The notes under the pieces are model-generated. The model was not told the DNA's origin. It did no database searches and saw only the letters and a program-made list of their open reading frames with translations. Positions 36,928 through 64,000 of a stretch of DNA of 64,000 bases are shown here, in pieces. Both the position numbers and the translations under genes were made by a program. Each line of letters opens with the position of its first letter. The stretch's first letter is position 1. Origin of the DNA: the human T2T-CHM13v2.0 reference genome, Homo sapiens; the NCBI RefSeq assembly GCF_009914755.1, contig NC_060946.1. The stretch is one strand, 5' to 3'.

Positions 36928-37997
36928 GTGAGGGCCTGTGCCATCCCTGACCTTGGACCCGCCTGAGGGGTGACAGTGGAGTAGAGGTGGGATGGGACTC
37001 AGTATACTTTTACCAGGAAGGGGGTAAGGGGTAAACCGTCGGCGTCTTCTGTCTCGAGTCCGCCGTCTGTCCCCTTGGCTTGATGTGAATTCTAAAACGT
37101 TAAGCGAGGTTAATATATTTCATTTTGCAGGGGTTGTAAGTATTGCTGTGTGCCACCCTACATACCCACTTGCCCATTATCAGAAGCAAAAACTAAAGGC
37201 TAGTGAGAGCAAAGGACTTACTAGCTGCACAGGAAGCCAGGGGCAAGTCAGGGCCAGAAACGGGACCCCTGTCTCTCAGAGTTTCAAGGGCAGATTTGAG
37301 CAGGCGACGGTCGTGAAAAGGACGTTAGACACCTTAGACGCCGTGGCTGAAGTTTCAGACGGCGCTTCTGGTCCCCAAGGCTTCCCACGTAGACAGTTGG
37401 TATTAATGGTTGAGAGTGGGGGCTATGAAATCAGAAAGCCTTGGATAGGAACACTGGTCCTTGTCACTTAACTGTGGCATTAAGTTGAGCAAGTTTCTTC
37501 TCTGAACTCCGTTTTAACTGTGAGATGGAGATATTAATAGTAACCTGAGCACGATTGTGAGGATTACATGAGATGCAGGCAGGGTGCCACATGCCTGGTA
37601 GGTGGTACCACTGAAAAATAATCATTGCTTACATTCCTCAGGAGAAAGTGGAAGCATGAGGTAGGAATCGCAACACATTTTTGACTTTTATGTATCATGC
37701 ACTGTGCTAGGTGCAGTGCATGCTTTATATCGCTAAATTATGACTGTGCTGGAGTAGGCCTTATACATATAGCCCTGTTCCACCACTCACTTGTGTTTTT
37801 AATTTGAGACTGTCTGACTCTGCAGCCCGGGAAGGCACTGTCCACTAGTGCTATGCTGCCTGTGACCAGTGCAACTTCCTGCCCCATATGAAAGCATTGC
37901 TACTGTCCCATCTCTTGCAAGTGGTTCTGTTAACCACTCCCATTGATCTGGAGAGACATCCAAGTATGTTGTTATAACTCACCCATTTTCCTTGTGC

Positions 37998-38304
37998 TTT
38001 TTTTTGTTTTGTTTTGTTTTTTTGAGACAGGATCTCACTCTGTCGCCCAGGTTGGAGTGCAGTGGCATGATCACAGCTCACTGCAGCCTTGACCTCCTGG
38101 GTTCAAGTGATCTTCCCACCTCAGCCTCCTGAGTAGCTGGGACCACAGGCATGCGCCACCACGCCCAGCTAATTTTTGTATTTTTTGTAGAGATGGGGTT
38201 TCACCATGTTGCCCAGGCTGGTCTTGAATTCCTGAGCTCAGGCAGTCCTCCTGCCTTAGCCTTCTAAAGTACTGGGATTACAGGCGTGAGCCACTGTGCT
38301 CAAC
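37998..38304 (-). mobile_element. AluJ in UQCR10 intron
   Basis: Reverse Alu; TSD-like cttgtgctt. Confidence 0.88.
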
Positions 38305-38598
38305 CTCTTGTGCTTCTGGGAATGAGAATTTCAGCCAATTTAGGTCCCAGGAAATGTCTTAAATGGCTCATGGTGAAATATTTTGGGACTACGCACTTAT
38401 AATCTCTTCAGTAATACCTGGGAGTTGAAGAACTGAGACATCTTCCAGGCTGTTTTCCTTAATAATTGTGTGTTTTGGGGCACTTCCCTCAATCTCAAAC
38501 TGAATTTCCTGTGAAATTAAGATCACCCCTTTCCACTTACTTCACCTGGTGATTGAAAGCATCATAGTATTTTATAAATGCCAAGAATTATGCATGAA

Positions 38599-38937
<339 letters not shown>

Positions 38938-39056
38938 TTAATCAGGACATGGCATGTGTTTCCCCCAAGCTCATTTTAGAGACCAGGGCAGTGGGAGTAG
39001 TTGTAAAATGTGAGAGGCAAAGGTCAAAGTTTGTGGCTCTTGTCTTTAAAATGCAG

Positions 39057-39098
39057 AAGCTGTGGAAACACATCAAGCACAAGTATGAGAACAAGTAG
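39057..39098 (+). CDS. UQCR10: UQCR10 exon 2 (KLWKHIKHKYENK*)
   Basis: atgcag| acceptor; completes the conserved GKLWKHIK motif; 63 aa total; TAG 39096-39098. Confidence 0.97.
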   Translation, partial: KLWKHIKHKYENK

Positions 39099-39301
39099 TT
39101 CCTTGGAGGCCCCCATCCAGGCCAGAAGGACCAGGTCCACCCAGCAGCTGTTTGCCCAGAGCTGGAGCCTCAGCTTGAAGATGATGCTCAAGGTACTCTT
39201 CATGGACCACCATTCGCTGTTGGCAAGAAACGGCTTTACTTACAAAACAGACTCTTTACCTTCTGCTGTGTTTGAAGTATGTTTAGTCAGCATGCTCAGG
39301 A

Positions 39302-39307
39302 AATAAA
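39302..39307 (+). terminator. UQCR10: Proximal AATAAA poly(A) signal of UQCR10
   Basis: Canonical hexamer about 200 nt after the stop, with GU/U-rich sequence downstream. Confidence 0.8.
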
Positions 39308-39639
39308 TGTGAATTGCCCTTGAGACCTGCTTCTACATTGGTTGCTTTGTTAACTCTACCTGATCTTCACTTGTCAGTAATTTGAGACCACTTCAAAGCC
39401 CTCTGCAAACACCCCAAAGGCAGAATCTGCTATTTTGAGTTTTCCATTAACTTCCAAAGAATTCTGGTTTTCAAAACAGGAGCCAGAGTTGGAGATATTA
39501 CAGTCAACTTTGGCTTCTAAGCCAGTAATTCCATTCTTAAATACCTCACTGTCTTGGCCATGGGGAAGCACTATGGCCTCAGCTGGGGGAAAGACCCTGG
39601 CCTAGGGGTCTTAGCCACTCCCCACCCTAGGGTATAGTT

Positions 39640-39860
39640 CAGGGGTATCCAATCCTTTGGCTTCCCTGGGCCATGTTGGAAGAATTGTCTTGGGCCACAC
39701 ATAAAATACAGTAACCATAGCTGATGAGCTAAAACAAAAAACAATGGTTTGTGCAAAAATCTCATAATGTTTTAATAAAGTTGAAGAATTTGTGTTTGGG
39801 CCTCATTCAAAGCCATCCTGGGCTGCGTGCAGCCTGCAGGCCACGGGTTGGACAAGCTTG
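39640..39860 (+). mobile_element. MER30 hAT-Charlie element
   Basis: CAGGGGTATCCAATC...GGGTTGGACAAGCTTG termini; internal gaattgtcttgggccacacataaaataca. Confidence 0.87.
39774..39779 (+). terminator. UQCR10: Distal AATAAA poly(A) signal of UQCR10, inside MER30
   Basis: Canonical hexamer followed by tttgtgtttggg GU-rich element. Confidence 0.6.
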
Positions 39861-40020
39861 GTGTATTCTGCCTATTACTGAGTATCTTTTGGTAAGCAGT
39901 CATACCTCTCTGGGTCACAGCCTCCTGCCACAGTTCCACTCTGATGAGTTCAGTTCATAAAAGTGCTTAGTTGGTGGGTTTGAATCCTTACTCCACTGAT
40001 TCTAGCTATGGGAACCAAGG

Positions 40021-40375
40021 TGATATGGTTTGGCTGTGTCCCCACCCAAATCTCGTTTTGAATTGTAGCTCCCATAGTGCCCATGTGTTGTGGGAGGGAC
40101 TCGGTGGGAGATAATTGAATCATGGGAGCGGTTCCCCCACACTGTTCTCGTGATAGTGAATAAGTCTCACGAGATCTGATGATTTTATAAGGGGTTTCCC
40201 CTTTTGCTTGGCTCTGATTCTCTTGCCTGCTGCCATGTAAGACGGGCCTTTCGCCTTCCACCATGATTGTGAGGCCTCCTCAGCCATGTGGAAATGCGAA
40301 TGCATTAAACCTCTTTTTATAAATTACCCAGTCTCGGGTATGTCTTTATCAGCAGCGTGAAAATGGACTAATACA
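40021..40375 (+). mobile_element. THE1B-like solo LTR (MaLR) inserted in a MIR
   Basis: TGATATGGTTTGGCTGTGTCCCCACCC...ACTAATACA; perfect TSD caagg (40016-40020, 40376-40380). Confidence 0.93.
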
Positions 40376-40477
40376 CAAGGGCAAGGCACTTGAACTTGCT
40401 GAACTCCGGTTTCCTTATCTGTAAAATGGGGTAGTAGAACATACTGTGTGGGATTTTTGGGAGTATTAAAGGAGTTG

Positions 40478-41808
<1,331 letters not shown>

Positions 41809-42133
41809 TCAGCAAGTGTTTGGCTGGCCACTGTGAGGCACTGTGCTAGCAGGACATATGATGGTAATATAGCATGTGGGGCTTAAACTCCTATGGGGAA
41901 GACACTAAAAGCCATCCTGTATTATTACAGACTGAGCCAAAGGCTCTGGGAAGCAGTGCAAGGAGAGGGAGGGATTAACCAGGGTGACAGCTGGTCTAGG
42001 GAAGCCTCAGAAGAGCTGAGACCGATAGGTGATAAAGATGAGCCACTTACGTTGGGCGTTAGAGGCAAAGCAGGGGAAGTAGCAGGTTTTAGGGCCCATA
42101 TGGGGAAAGCACTTGCTGTGTTGCAGGAGCTCA

Positions 42134-47518
<5,385 letters not shown>

Positions 47519-47779
47519 ACTGTAGTCTCTTTTGATCACTCGCTGGAGGCTGCTGCCTAGGAAGTGGGCAGACAGGGCAGGGCAGTTCTCTTCAGCCTGG
47601 CCAATCCCTGAAGAGGCCAACAGCACGTCCAGCATCTGAGGTGGTAAATCTTTCGTACTGAAGGGACTATGGGTACCCACCACACTCCCCTCCCTACCTC
47701 TGCATCTTTCTCCGGCCCATTTTATACCTGCATCTGCTTCTTGAAGCTCTGTAACAACAGATTGGCAAAATAAAAATCA

Positions 47780-48400
47780 CTAGATGTCCTTTTACTTATT
47801 AAATTCACAAAGTTTTTTTTTTTTAATCATTATAATATCCGGCATGAGCCAAGATATGGGAAATGATCGTTTCAAACACTGCTGGCGGGAAGACCCATTC
47901 AACAACATCAGTCAAAAAACTTGACCCAGCAATTCTATTTCTAAGAATTTATCCTGAGAAGATAATCATGATTGTGGGCAAATATTTAGCCAGGAGACTC
48001 TTCATTGTAGCTTAACGGCAAATAATTAGAAAGAACCTCAATGTACAAAAACAGGGAATTGCCCGACTAAAGCATGGTATAATAGAAGACAAGTAAGCCA
48101 TTCGACATGATGCAGATGAGAAACAGAAAGATGTTCACAATATCTCATTACCTGAATAAATGGTGATAATAGCATGTGTAGTACGATCCCATATTTGTAG
48201 AAAACCATTATGTGTATTCTTTTTTTCTAAAAAAAAAATGCTGTAAGGATAAGAACTAAAATCTTAACAGTGATTATTTCCGCATGGCAGGATTATCAGT
48301 AGTTTTCCTTTGCTTATTTGTGTGAACCACACCGAGCATGTTACTGCTTTTGTACTAAGGGGGGAAGCAATGTAAGTTATTAAAAAGAAATAGATTCCAT
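47780..48400 (+). mobile_element. Old L1M(E)-like fragment
   Basis: ttgacccagcaattcta.ttcta.gaatttatcctga motif in an AT-rich context. Confidence 0.65.
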
Positions 48401-49064
48401 CCCCATGACTCAGTCAGCCCTTCCAAACACAAGGAACAAGGACCGTCCTACAAATGAGTTTGAAGTCCTCTGGGGAAAGGACAGAAATCAATGAATTTAC
48501 AATGCCTGAGCAATGTGCAAAGTTGGAGAGAATACAAATTCCTTGCACAAGACGGAGGTTGTGGCAGCTGCTTGAGTGACAGCAAAGGACGAACACTCTG
48601 TACTGTGTGGGGCAGGCAACCAGCACACACAGAAGATCACACACACAAAAATAGTGCCTTCTCTGGGCACTCACTCGGGGGCAGGCCTGGGCCAGGTGCC
48701 GCACATGCACCCTGTGTCACTGGATTGTCATTCCAAGTGGAAAATGAGGCTCAGAGAGGTTAAGTGTCTTGCCCAGGGTAACGCAGCTAGTGAGAGTAGA
48801 GCAGAGATCCAAATGCAGGACCATTGGCTATGCTCATATTTATTACTATGTGCCATGTAAAAAAAAAATCATTTTTCTCTTTTCTTTGGGGCCTTGGCCT
48901 GATATGCTTGAATTTATATATAGACCGAATGCCAAGGGCAGACTCCAGCAGGCATCAAGGACAGAGCAATGATGGAGTGTAGCGAAAGTGTTGGCTGGCA
49001 GCTGCTTGGTGCTGACTGCCTTCTTGCTGCTCCTGGCCTATCCCCATTTTGAAACTTCTGCCTA

Positions 49065-56400
<7,336 letters not shown>

Positions 56401-57999
56401 GCTGCCAATGTTAATTAAACCTTGGGATCTCCTCAGAGGATTTAACTGGCACCAGGTGGAAAGATTTCATCTGGTCCAACAGGATCACTGTACAGATGGG
56501 AAAACTGAGGCCCTGAGAGATGAGGCAGTAGGCGTAGGAACACCATTCTGGATGGCCCCTGAGCTGTTTTCAAAGCACCTCTGAAAGAGTGCTTTCAAGA
56601 TCTGAAATGAGAAAGTAGTAGATCCTCAAGGGAGATGAAGTTTGACCTGGCACTACATTCTGAAAAATTTGAAAAACTGACTCCTTCTCAAATACTTTAA
56701 ACCAGGATTTTCACATGAGGCCTGAACACCAGTCCAGGTGGGTGGGAGGTATAGATGACTAAGAGAATGTGAGAGGGGCCGTGTGAACAGGAACAGGTAA
56801 GACCAGTAAATCCTGGGAACTCCCAACTCACCTTGCCTTGCTCCAGGGACAAGCACTGGACCTGAGGAGTTTAGGGAGGTCCCTGGCAAATGCCTCCAGG
56901 AGGAAACAGAGTCTTCCTGCTGCCTGTCAGGACGGCTGACCCTGGGCCTGATCTCAGCTAATTCAGCAGCTCAGGGGGAGGACACCACCCCCGTATCTGC
57001 TCTGCATCTCAAATACACCAAGAGGGCTGGCCAGGCAGAGGGATTGCTATTGATTTTCACTTGTGCGGGCTGACCTAACAAAACCAATCCATCAAGTGCC
57101 TGTCTGCCTCTGCTTCAGACTCTCATCCTAAGCACGTGCAAATAAATTGCACCAGCATCCAGGGTGATTTGTCAAGGTCCAGCCAGGCATGGGCCCTGGC
57201 TTCCACTGATAGGATGGGGCTCCAGGCTAGGCTGGGCTAGGGTCAGCCCAGTCAATGCCCCGCTGTTGACTCGCCATTGAGTGACAACACGCAGTGTGGC
57301 CTGGCATCTGCTGCCACGCTAGGAACTGGTTGGCCATGCCTGGGAAGGGGCTTTGAGGAAACAGGCCCAAGTCCCACTCACTTTGACAGGGCTTGGCAGC
57401 GACATTCTCACTTGTTTCTTAAGGTTTCTGTCCGAACTCTAGATTTGGGGGGATTTATTACAATGTAGATACAACCATGAGGTGCTGAGTTTGGGTACTG
57501 CCTCTGCCACTGGCTGAATGTCCTTGGGCCAGTTGTGAGATGGAGATGACACCACCTACAGGGGTCTAGAACCCTGTAAAGGCCAGGGTCCAATCCCTGT
57601 TCTGCCACTTCCTAGCTGTGGCCGGGGCAGGTGCCTTCAGCCCTCGGTGCCTCATTTTCCTTATCTGTACTACCGGGCTGAAAATGGTACCTACCTCTTA
57701 CAGTGGAGCTGTCATAACTGAATGAGAAAATGCAAAGGACCACAGGGGCTCACCCCACCCAGCCCTTCATTCCACTAGCAAGGACTGGAGGCTCAGAGAA
57801 GGGGGTGATGTTCTGGGGTCACACAGCAAGGCAGAGCAGCATCAGAGGGGTTACAGGAGCCACAAGCAGGAGAGGATGACGGAGAGAGTACAGTGACCAT
57901 CCTGCCTTCCTGTCCTCCAGCTGGCAGCTGTCCCTGAAGAATGAGACACAGGGAATGTGGGTCATGGACATACACAGATCGTTTGAAAGGGTCAAAAAT

Positions 58000-58005
58000 T
58001 TTATT
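58000..58005 (-). terminator. ASCC2: AATAAA poly(A) signal of ASCC2
   Basis: tttatt on the plus strand about 380 nt past the stop; GU-rich tctgtgtatgtc downstream on the minus strand. Confidence 0.85.
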
Positions 58006-58383
58006 AGCAGGACTTTTTGTGTTTTTGAATATACAGGTTTCCTGCTGTCCAGGGTAAAGGGGAAGTGGTGTCTTGTGGCCCGAGGTTTGGGGCGCTTGCC
58101 TTGGGACTCCATCCCCATCTCTTTCCCGCTAGCGCAGCTGGGGGAAGGTGCCTGCTTGCCGGCCCCACGGATTCTTCGGCTGTGGCATAAGGCACTGTGT
58201 GTTCTGCAGGAAGGCGCTCATGGCTGGCTGGTAGATGAGAGGCGGCCTTCTCAGGGGCTGCAAAGCTGAGGCTGTTGAGGGGTTGAGTTGAACTTGGGGC
58301 CCCTAGTGAGGAGGCCCCAGGCGATGGGAGCACGGCCTGGTGAGTCTGGTGCCGCTGCCTCCCCACTGGCCCTGCACCAGGTC

Positions 58384-58555
58384 TCAGGATGGGATCATGC
58401 CTTTGCTCCTCTTGCGGTCGGCCATGGTTCTCCGGTTGTGGTTGGCTCTTGTCGCCTTGTTGGCTTCCTTCTTCCTGCGTTCCTGGGTTGTCTCGCGGCT
58501 CTGCCCATGGCCTCGGGGGCTGCCGGCCACTGCTGTTGAGCTGTCATGCCGGTAC
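58384..58555 (-). CDS. ASCC2: ASCC2 last coding exon ((G)YRHDSSTAVAGSPRG...RKRSKGMIPS*)
   Basis: ctcag| acceptor, TGA 58386-58384; 172 nt; basic C-terminus with NHNRR motif of ASCC2/Cue3 family. Confidence 0.96.
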
Positions 58556-59839
58556 CTGAGGGAGGAACAACCCACCCCACGAGAACCTGTCAGCCGGAAG
58601 AGGCTCTGGCGGGAGAGCCCACAGCCTGCCTTGGTGTTCACTGGGAGAGGACACAGACTGGGCCTGGTCACTCATGTCCCAACTTCAGATGGAAGGAGAG
58701 ATGGAGCCCAGCAGGGGCAGGGCCCTGGGGCTCTGACCAGCCCCGAGCCTGGTGTTTTCTCTTCTCTGGGCCTTGCTTCCAGGTCCGCCCATTGCTACGT
58801 GTAGCGGAGGAACAGCTAGAGAGCTGACACAGCCTACAGGAGACGGGGAGGGCTTCAGGTGGGTCTCCTCCTTTCTCCCTCTGGGGCCACATGCTGTAGC
58901 TGAGACATTACTCCTGTTCTCTACCCTAGGGCTTTGCCTGGCAGCCTCCAAAGACCAAGTGCACTCACAGATGTGACCTAGGGCCCTTTCAGACCATCTT
59001 GACCACTGGGATTTGCCAGAGCTCCGCACTCAGGGGGCTGGGATGGATGAGAAGTCAGGGTTGCTCTGCTCCCTGCTCAACAACCTTCTGTGGCTCCCCA
59101 CTGCCTTCAGAATGAAATCCAAATGCCTTCCCTGTGGCCAGGCCTCCTGAACCCAGCAGACAGTGCTGCATGAAGCCTAGGGCCGGGATGCGGGAGTGGG
59201 CTTCTACTCCTGGCTTGGCCTTAGGTGGAGGCAGATCCTTGGCCCCTCTCAATGTTTCCTCACTGGGAAGATGCGGGGCCTGGATGAGGAGTCTCTGGGT
59301 ACTGATCTCAGCTCCCCTCGAAGATCCCTCTCCTGACCACGCCTGCTTTCTTACTTTTCTGCCCTCATATGACAAACTCCTCTGAGCCCTTTTCACCCTT
59401 AGGGGCCCAACTCAAGTGCCCGTCACTTCCATACCTCTATCAGCCAGAAAGGATGTGTCTGTGTCTGTCTGAGCTCTCTCACATTTACACTCTGCCTGAT
59501 ATCAGCTAGCCCTGGACACGCTGGGTGATAAATCCCCTCCTGTGTTCACCAAGTAATGGTTATGAGTGGGGACCCTGGAGCTGAGCCATCTGGGCTCCAT
59601 CTTTGCTACATCACCTACTAGCTGTGTGACTTCTGGCTGGTTACTTAACGTCTCTGGGCCTGAGTTTTTTCATCTGTCAAATAAGGATAGTGATAATGGT
59701 AGCTACTTCACTGGGTTGTCGTGAGAACTAAATACACGTGGAGCACTTAGGGTGTACGTGTGGGTTTCCTGGGTGGCTGGCTAGGCCCTCCCCAGATGGT
59801 GGGAGGGGTCCCCCCAGAAGCAGCCCCTTGAATGCTCAC

Positions 59840-59919
59840 CCTTTCTTGGCGAGAAAGGCCATGCGCCTGGCTTCTGCCTTCTCTCTCAGCACTGCAGGGT
59901 CCTGAACAAAATGGTCGGG
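59840..59919 (-). CDS. ASCC2: ASCC2 exon (PDHFVQDPAVLREKAEARRMAFLAKK)
   Basis: ccacag| acceptor and AGG|gtgagc donor; 80 nt; phases fit both neighbours. Confidence 0.95.
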
Positions 59920-60464
59920 CTGTGGAAAGGAGAGGAGACCAAATCTGGAGTCAGGAGCTGCCACATTTTCCTAAGCGGCGATGAGGCCCTGCTCAAGTGA
60001 AGCTTGTCGATGCCTCCATGCCAGGTGTGGGGGGAAGCTGCAGCCTGGCAGAGCGACGCCCAGGAATGGAGTGGGATTACTGTGGTCTGAGGTTTCCATT
60101 AGGAGCCCCCTGCCCCACCTCTTCCCTGAGCGGGTGGCAGCTGAAGGGACTGAGGCTTCCTGGACAGGCTGGTAGAGTGGATAGACCATAGTTATGGCAT
60201 AACAATGACAAATGGGAGTGGTGGGGAAGCCAGGATGGCCACTGTGAGAGGCTGTGCAGGGCCCTGAAGACTGCGGGAGCCACCGTGGGAGCTAAGTGGT
60301 CCCGGGAGCTGCAGGCCTAGGCCTCACTGTGGCACCACTAGCAGCATGTGTGGGAGTGCCCACTCTCAAGGACAGCCTTCTCTGCCAATAGTGCAAGGAA
60401 AAACTGGGACCTAGGGACCACAGACAGGCTTTGGTGGCCAGTAGCTTTAAAAAGGAAAAAAAAA

Positions 60465-61248
<784 letters not shown>

Positions 61249-61803
61249 TCATTGCCGTTGGTGACCTGGCCCCAGAAACATCTGAATTTGTCACCCTGGT
61301 GTGGGGCATGATCCCAGGTTGCTGCCCTGTCACCTGAGCAGTACCGCGTTTATCTGTTCTGTACGTTGAGGTTCTAGTTAAGATTTCATTCAAATAAAAA
61401 GTTTAGCTGCTAAAAAGTAGAATTTTCTAACTTACCGATCCAGATGACCTCCCAGGGCCCTTGGGCTCTAACTCCTCTCTGATTTTAAGAATTGCCATCC
61501 TGGGTATGGTGCTGCTAACTGCCCTTCTCCTGACTCCTAGGCTCCTGGGCCTAATAATGAAGCTGGTGGCTCAGAGGCCCTGCCTTTAATCTGTCCCCTA
61601 GGTCCTCACTAGTGGGCAGCAGAAGTTAGTTCTAAGCCAGTAGCTCTCCAAGCAGACATCCTGGGCTCAAAGGGACTCCTCCTGTCCCTGCCAGTGATGC
61701 TGGGGCTGCCTCAGGGCCAGACATAGGGAGGGGTGAGGGGCCCTTCTGATTCACCCCTCAGAACTGCACTCTCCCCTTCATCTGCTACCTGCCAGGGAGG
61801 TAC

Positions 61804-61906
61804 CTTGGGAGCCTCCTCGTCAGCATCGTCTTCCTCATCGTCGTCATCCTCCTCCTGCCCTTCTCTAGGCACTTTGGTTCTCAGCACCTGAGGGATGGTG
61901 AATGGC
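61804..61906 (-). CDS. ASCC2: ASCC2 exon ((R)PFTIPQVLRTKVPREGQEEDDDDEEDDADEEAPK), acidic tract
   Basis: ctcag| acceptor and AAG|gtacct donor; 103 nt. Confidence 0.95.
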
Positions 61907-62730
61907 CTGAGGGTGTGGAGAGAAATGAGATCAAAGACGAGGTTCAACCAGGAGCAAGAGCCACAAGGAGGAGGGAACCTGGTTGGGTGAGATGGGGCCG
62001 CCAGGAGGGCTCAGGAGGTTGGGAAAAACCAAAAGCCTTTCAAGCCAGATTTGCTCCAGCCCCTGGATTCTCTGAGGTTACCAGAATTTGAGGTGGGGTT
62101 GAGGGGGAGACTGAAATGGGGCCGGGAGAGTCTCCAGTCCTCTCTTCAGTCGGGACAGCTCTGCTTGGATCTGTATTGGGGAATCGCTGTAACATTCCAC
62201 CTGAAAACATTTTCTTCAATTAAGAAGAAAAATGGACTGAGCGCGGTGGCTCACGCCTGTAATACCCACACTTTGGGAGGTTGAGGTGGAAGGATCACTT
62301 GAGCCCAGGAGGTGAGACTAGTCTGGGCAACATAGTGAGAACCCCACCTCCACAAAAAATAAAAAAGTTAGCGGGGTGTGGTGGTGCACACCACACCTGT
62401 AGTCCCAGCTACTCAGGAGGCTGAGGTGGGATGATCACTTGTAGTCCAGGAGGTCAAGGCTGCAGTCAGCCATGATTCCATCACCGCACTCCAGCCTGGG
62501 CGACAGAGTGAAACTCTGTCTCAAAAAAGAAAAACGCAAAGCTACTGCATGACACCGAATAAATGCTGCCCCATTCAGGGTGGGCTGGGGTGGAGGAGCA
62601 CTGGATTAGGAGTCAGGAGGACTGGGTTTGGGCCCTGGATCTGCCACATCTGTGTAAACAAGTGGGTGAGGGAGCCCCATGGGCCTGAGAGCTGCTCTGC
62701 CCTGGAACGCCACCCCCACTATGGCCTCAC

Positions 62731-62861
62731 CTGCGGCTGATGAGCTCGTCATCAGAGTCTGCATCATTGGCGCCCACCTGGTTGCCATCGTATGTGTCAT
62801 CGTACTCATCCTCGTAGTAGACACTGTGGTAGGGCAGGCTCTCGCCTGGCTGCAGTGGCAC
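62731..62861 (-). CDS. ASCC2: ASCC2 exon (VPLQPGESLPYHSVYYEDEYDDTYDGNQVGANDADSDDELISR)
   Basis: ttgcag| acceptor and CAG|gtgagg donor; 131 nt; YEDEYDDTYD motif. Confidence 0.96.
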
Positions 62862-62947
62862 CTGCAATGGCATAAGCATGGGTCTGGGGGGCTCAGGGGC
62901 TGGCCTGGTTTCCCTGGCCCAGCAGAGACCTGGCCTTGGTGGCCTAC

Positions 62948-63047
62948 CTCCTCCACCACCACGCTGTACTGCTCGTAGCGCTGCCGCTGTGCCGCCACTG
63001 CACGCTTGTCGTTCAGCAAACTCCGCGTGTTTTCCTCCTTCCTGGTG
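62948..63047 (-). CDS. ASCC2: ASCC2 exon ((S)TRKEENTRSLLNDKRAVAAQRQRYEQYSVVVEE); gene continues beyond the window
   Basis: ttctcag| acceptor and GAG|gtaggc donor; 100 nt; followed by an 86-nt intron. Confidence 0.93.
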
Positions 63048-63171
63048 CTGAGAAGGAACAGCAGAAAGAGAGGAAGGAAAACCATCAGGCTTGGAAGGCC
63101 GCAGGGTACGGAGGGTCCAGAGACCACAGGCTTAACTGCTCCAGCCCTCAGACTGTCACGGAGACAAATGA

Positions 63172-63972
<801 letters not shown>

Positions 63973-64000
63973 TTAGGGATTTTCTTTTCAGCATTGTTTG

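Larger units (their letters stand above)
36180..37070. promoter_or_regulatory. CpG island / bidirectional promoter of ZMAT5 and UQCR10
   Basis: High CpG density; ACTACNNNTCCCA (ZNF143/THAP11-type) motifs at 36392-36405(-), 36504-36517(-), 36681-36693(+); GC boxes near 36464-36478; NRF1-like GCGCAGGCGC 36740-36749; YY1-like AACATGGCGGC over the UQCR10 ATG. Confidence 0.88.

Noticed and set aside
37834-37856. REST/RE1-like site (tagcactagtggacagtgcc on minus strand)
   Set aside because: Half-site spacing is off by one and the left half is degenerate.
56480-56520. TDG upstream of the kinase motif as a decayed DFG
   Set aside because: The DNA is the MIR core acagatgggaaaactgaggccc, and the spacing is too short.

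Overview
Primate (human-like) genomic DNA, GC- and Alu-rich, recognisable from the encoded proteins as the CABP7-ZMAT5-UQCR10-ASCC2 locus (human 22q12.2, from prior knowledge). It contains the complete ZMAT5 gene on the minus strand (U11/U12-20K zinc-finger protein; 5 coding exons splice to 513 nt = 170 aa), UQCR10 on the plus strand (63 aa, 2 exons) sharing a bidirectional CpG promoter with ZMAT5, and the last 5 coding exons and 3'UTR of ASCC2 on the minus strand. Repeats include dozens of Alus, THE1D and THE1B solo LTRs with perfect TSDs, an MLT1 LTR, MER1A, MER30 and a Y3 RNA retrocopy. Almost all entries in the supplied ORF track are spurious. The most unusual observations are: an isolated 33-bp island encoding a perfect STE20-type kinase motif (VGTPFWMAPEL); two apparent captures of neighbouring DNA into Alu A-tails; a MER30-derived distal poly(A) signal for UQCR10; a palindromic TTTATAAA that might serve two convergent genes; and several tightly apposed inverted Alu pairs. 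No convincing wholly new biological system is evident. Repeat subfamily calls rest on remembered consensus sequences, and repeat boundaries are approximate unless TSDs are given.
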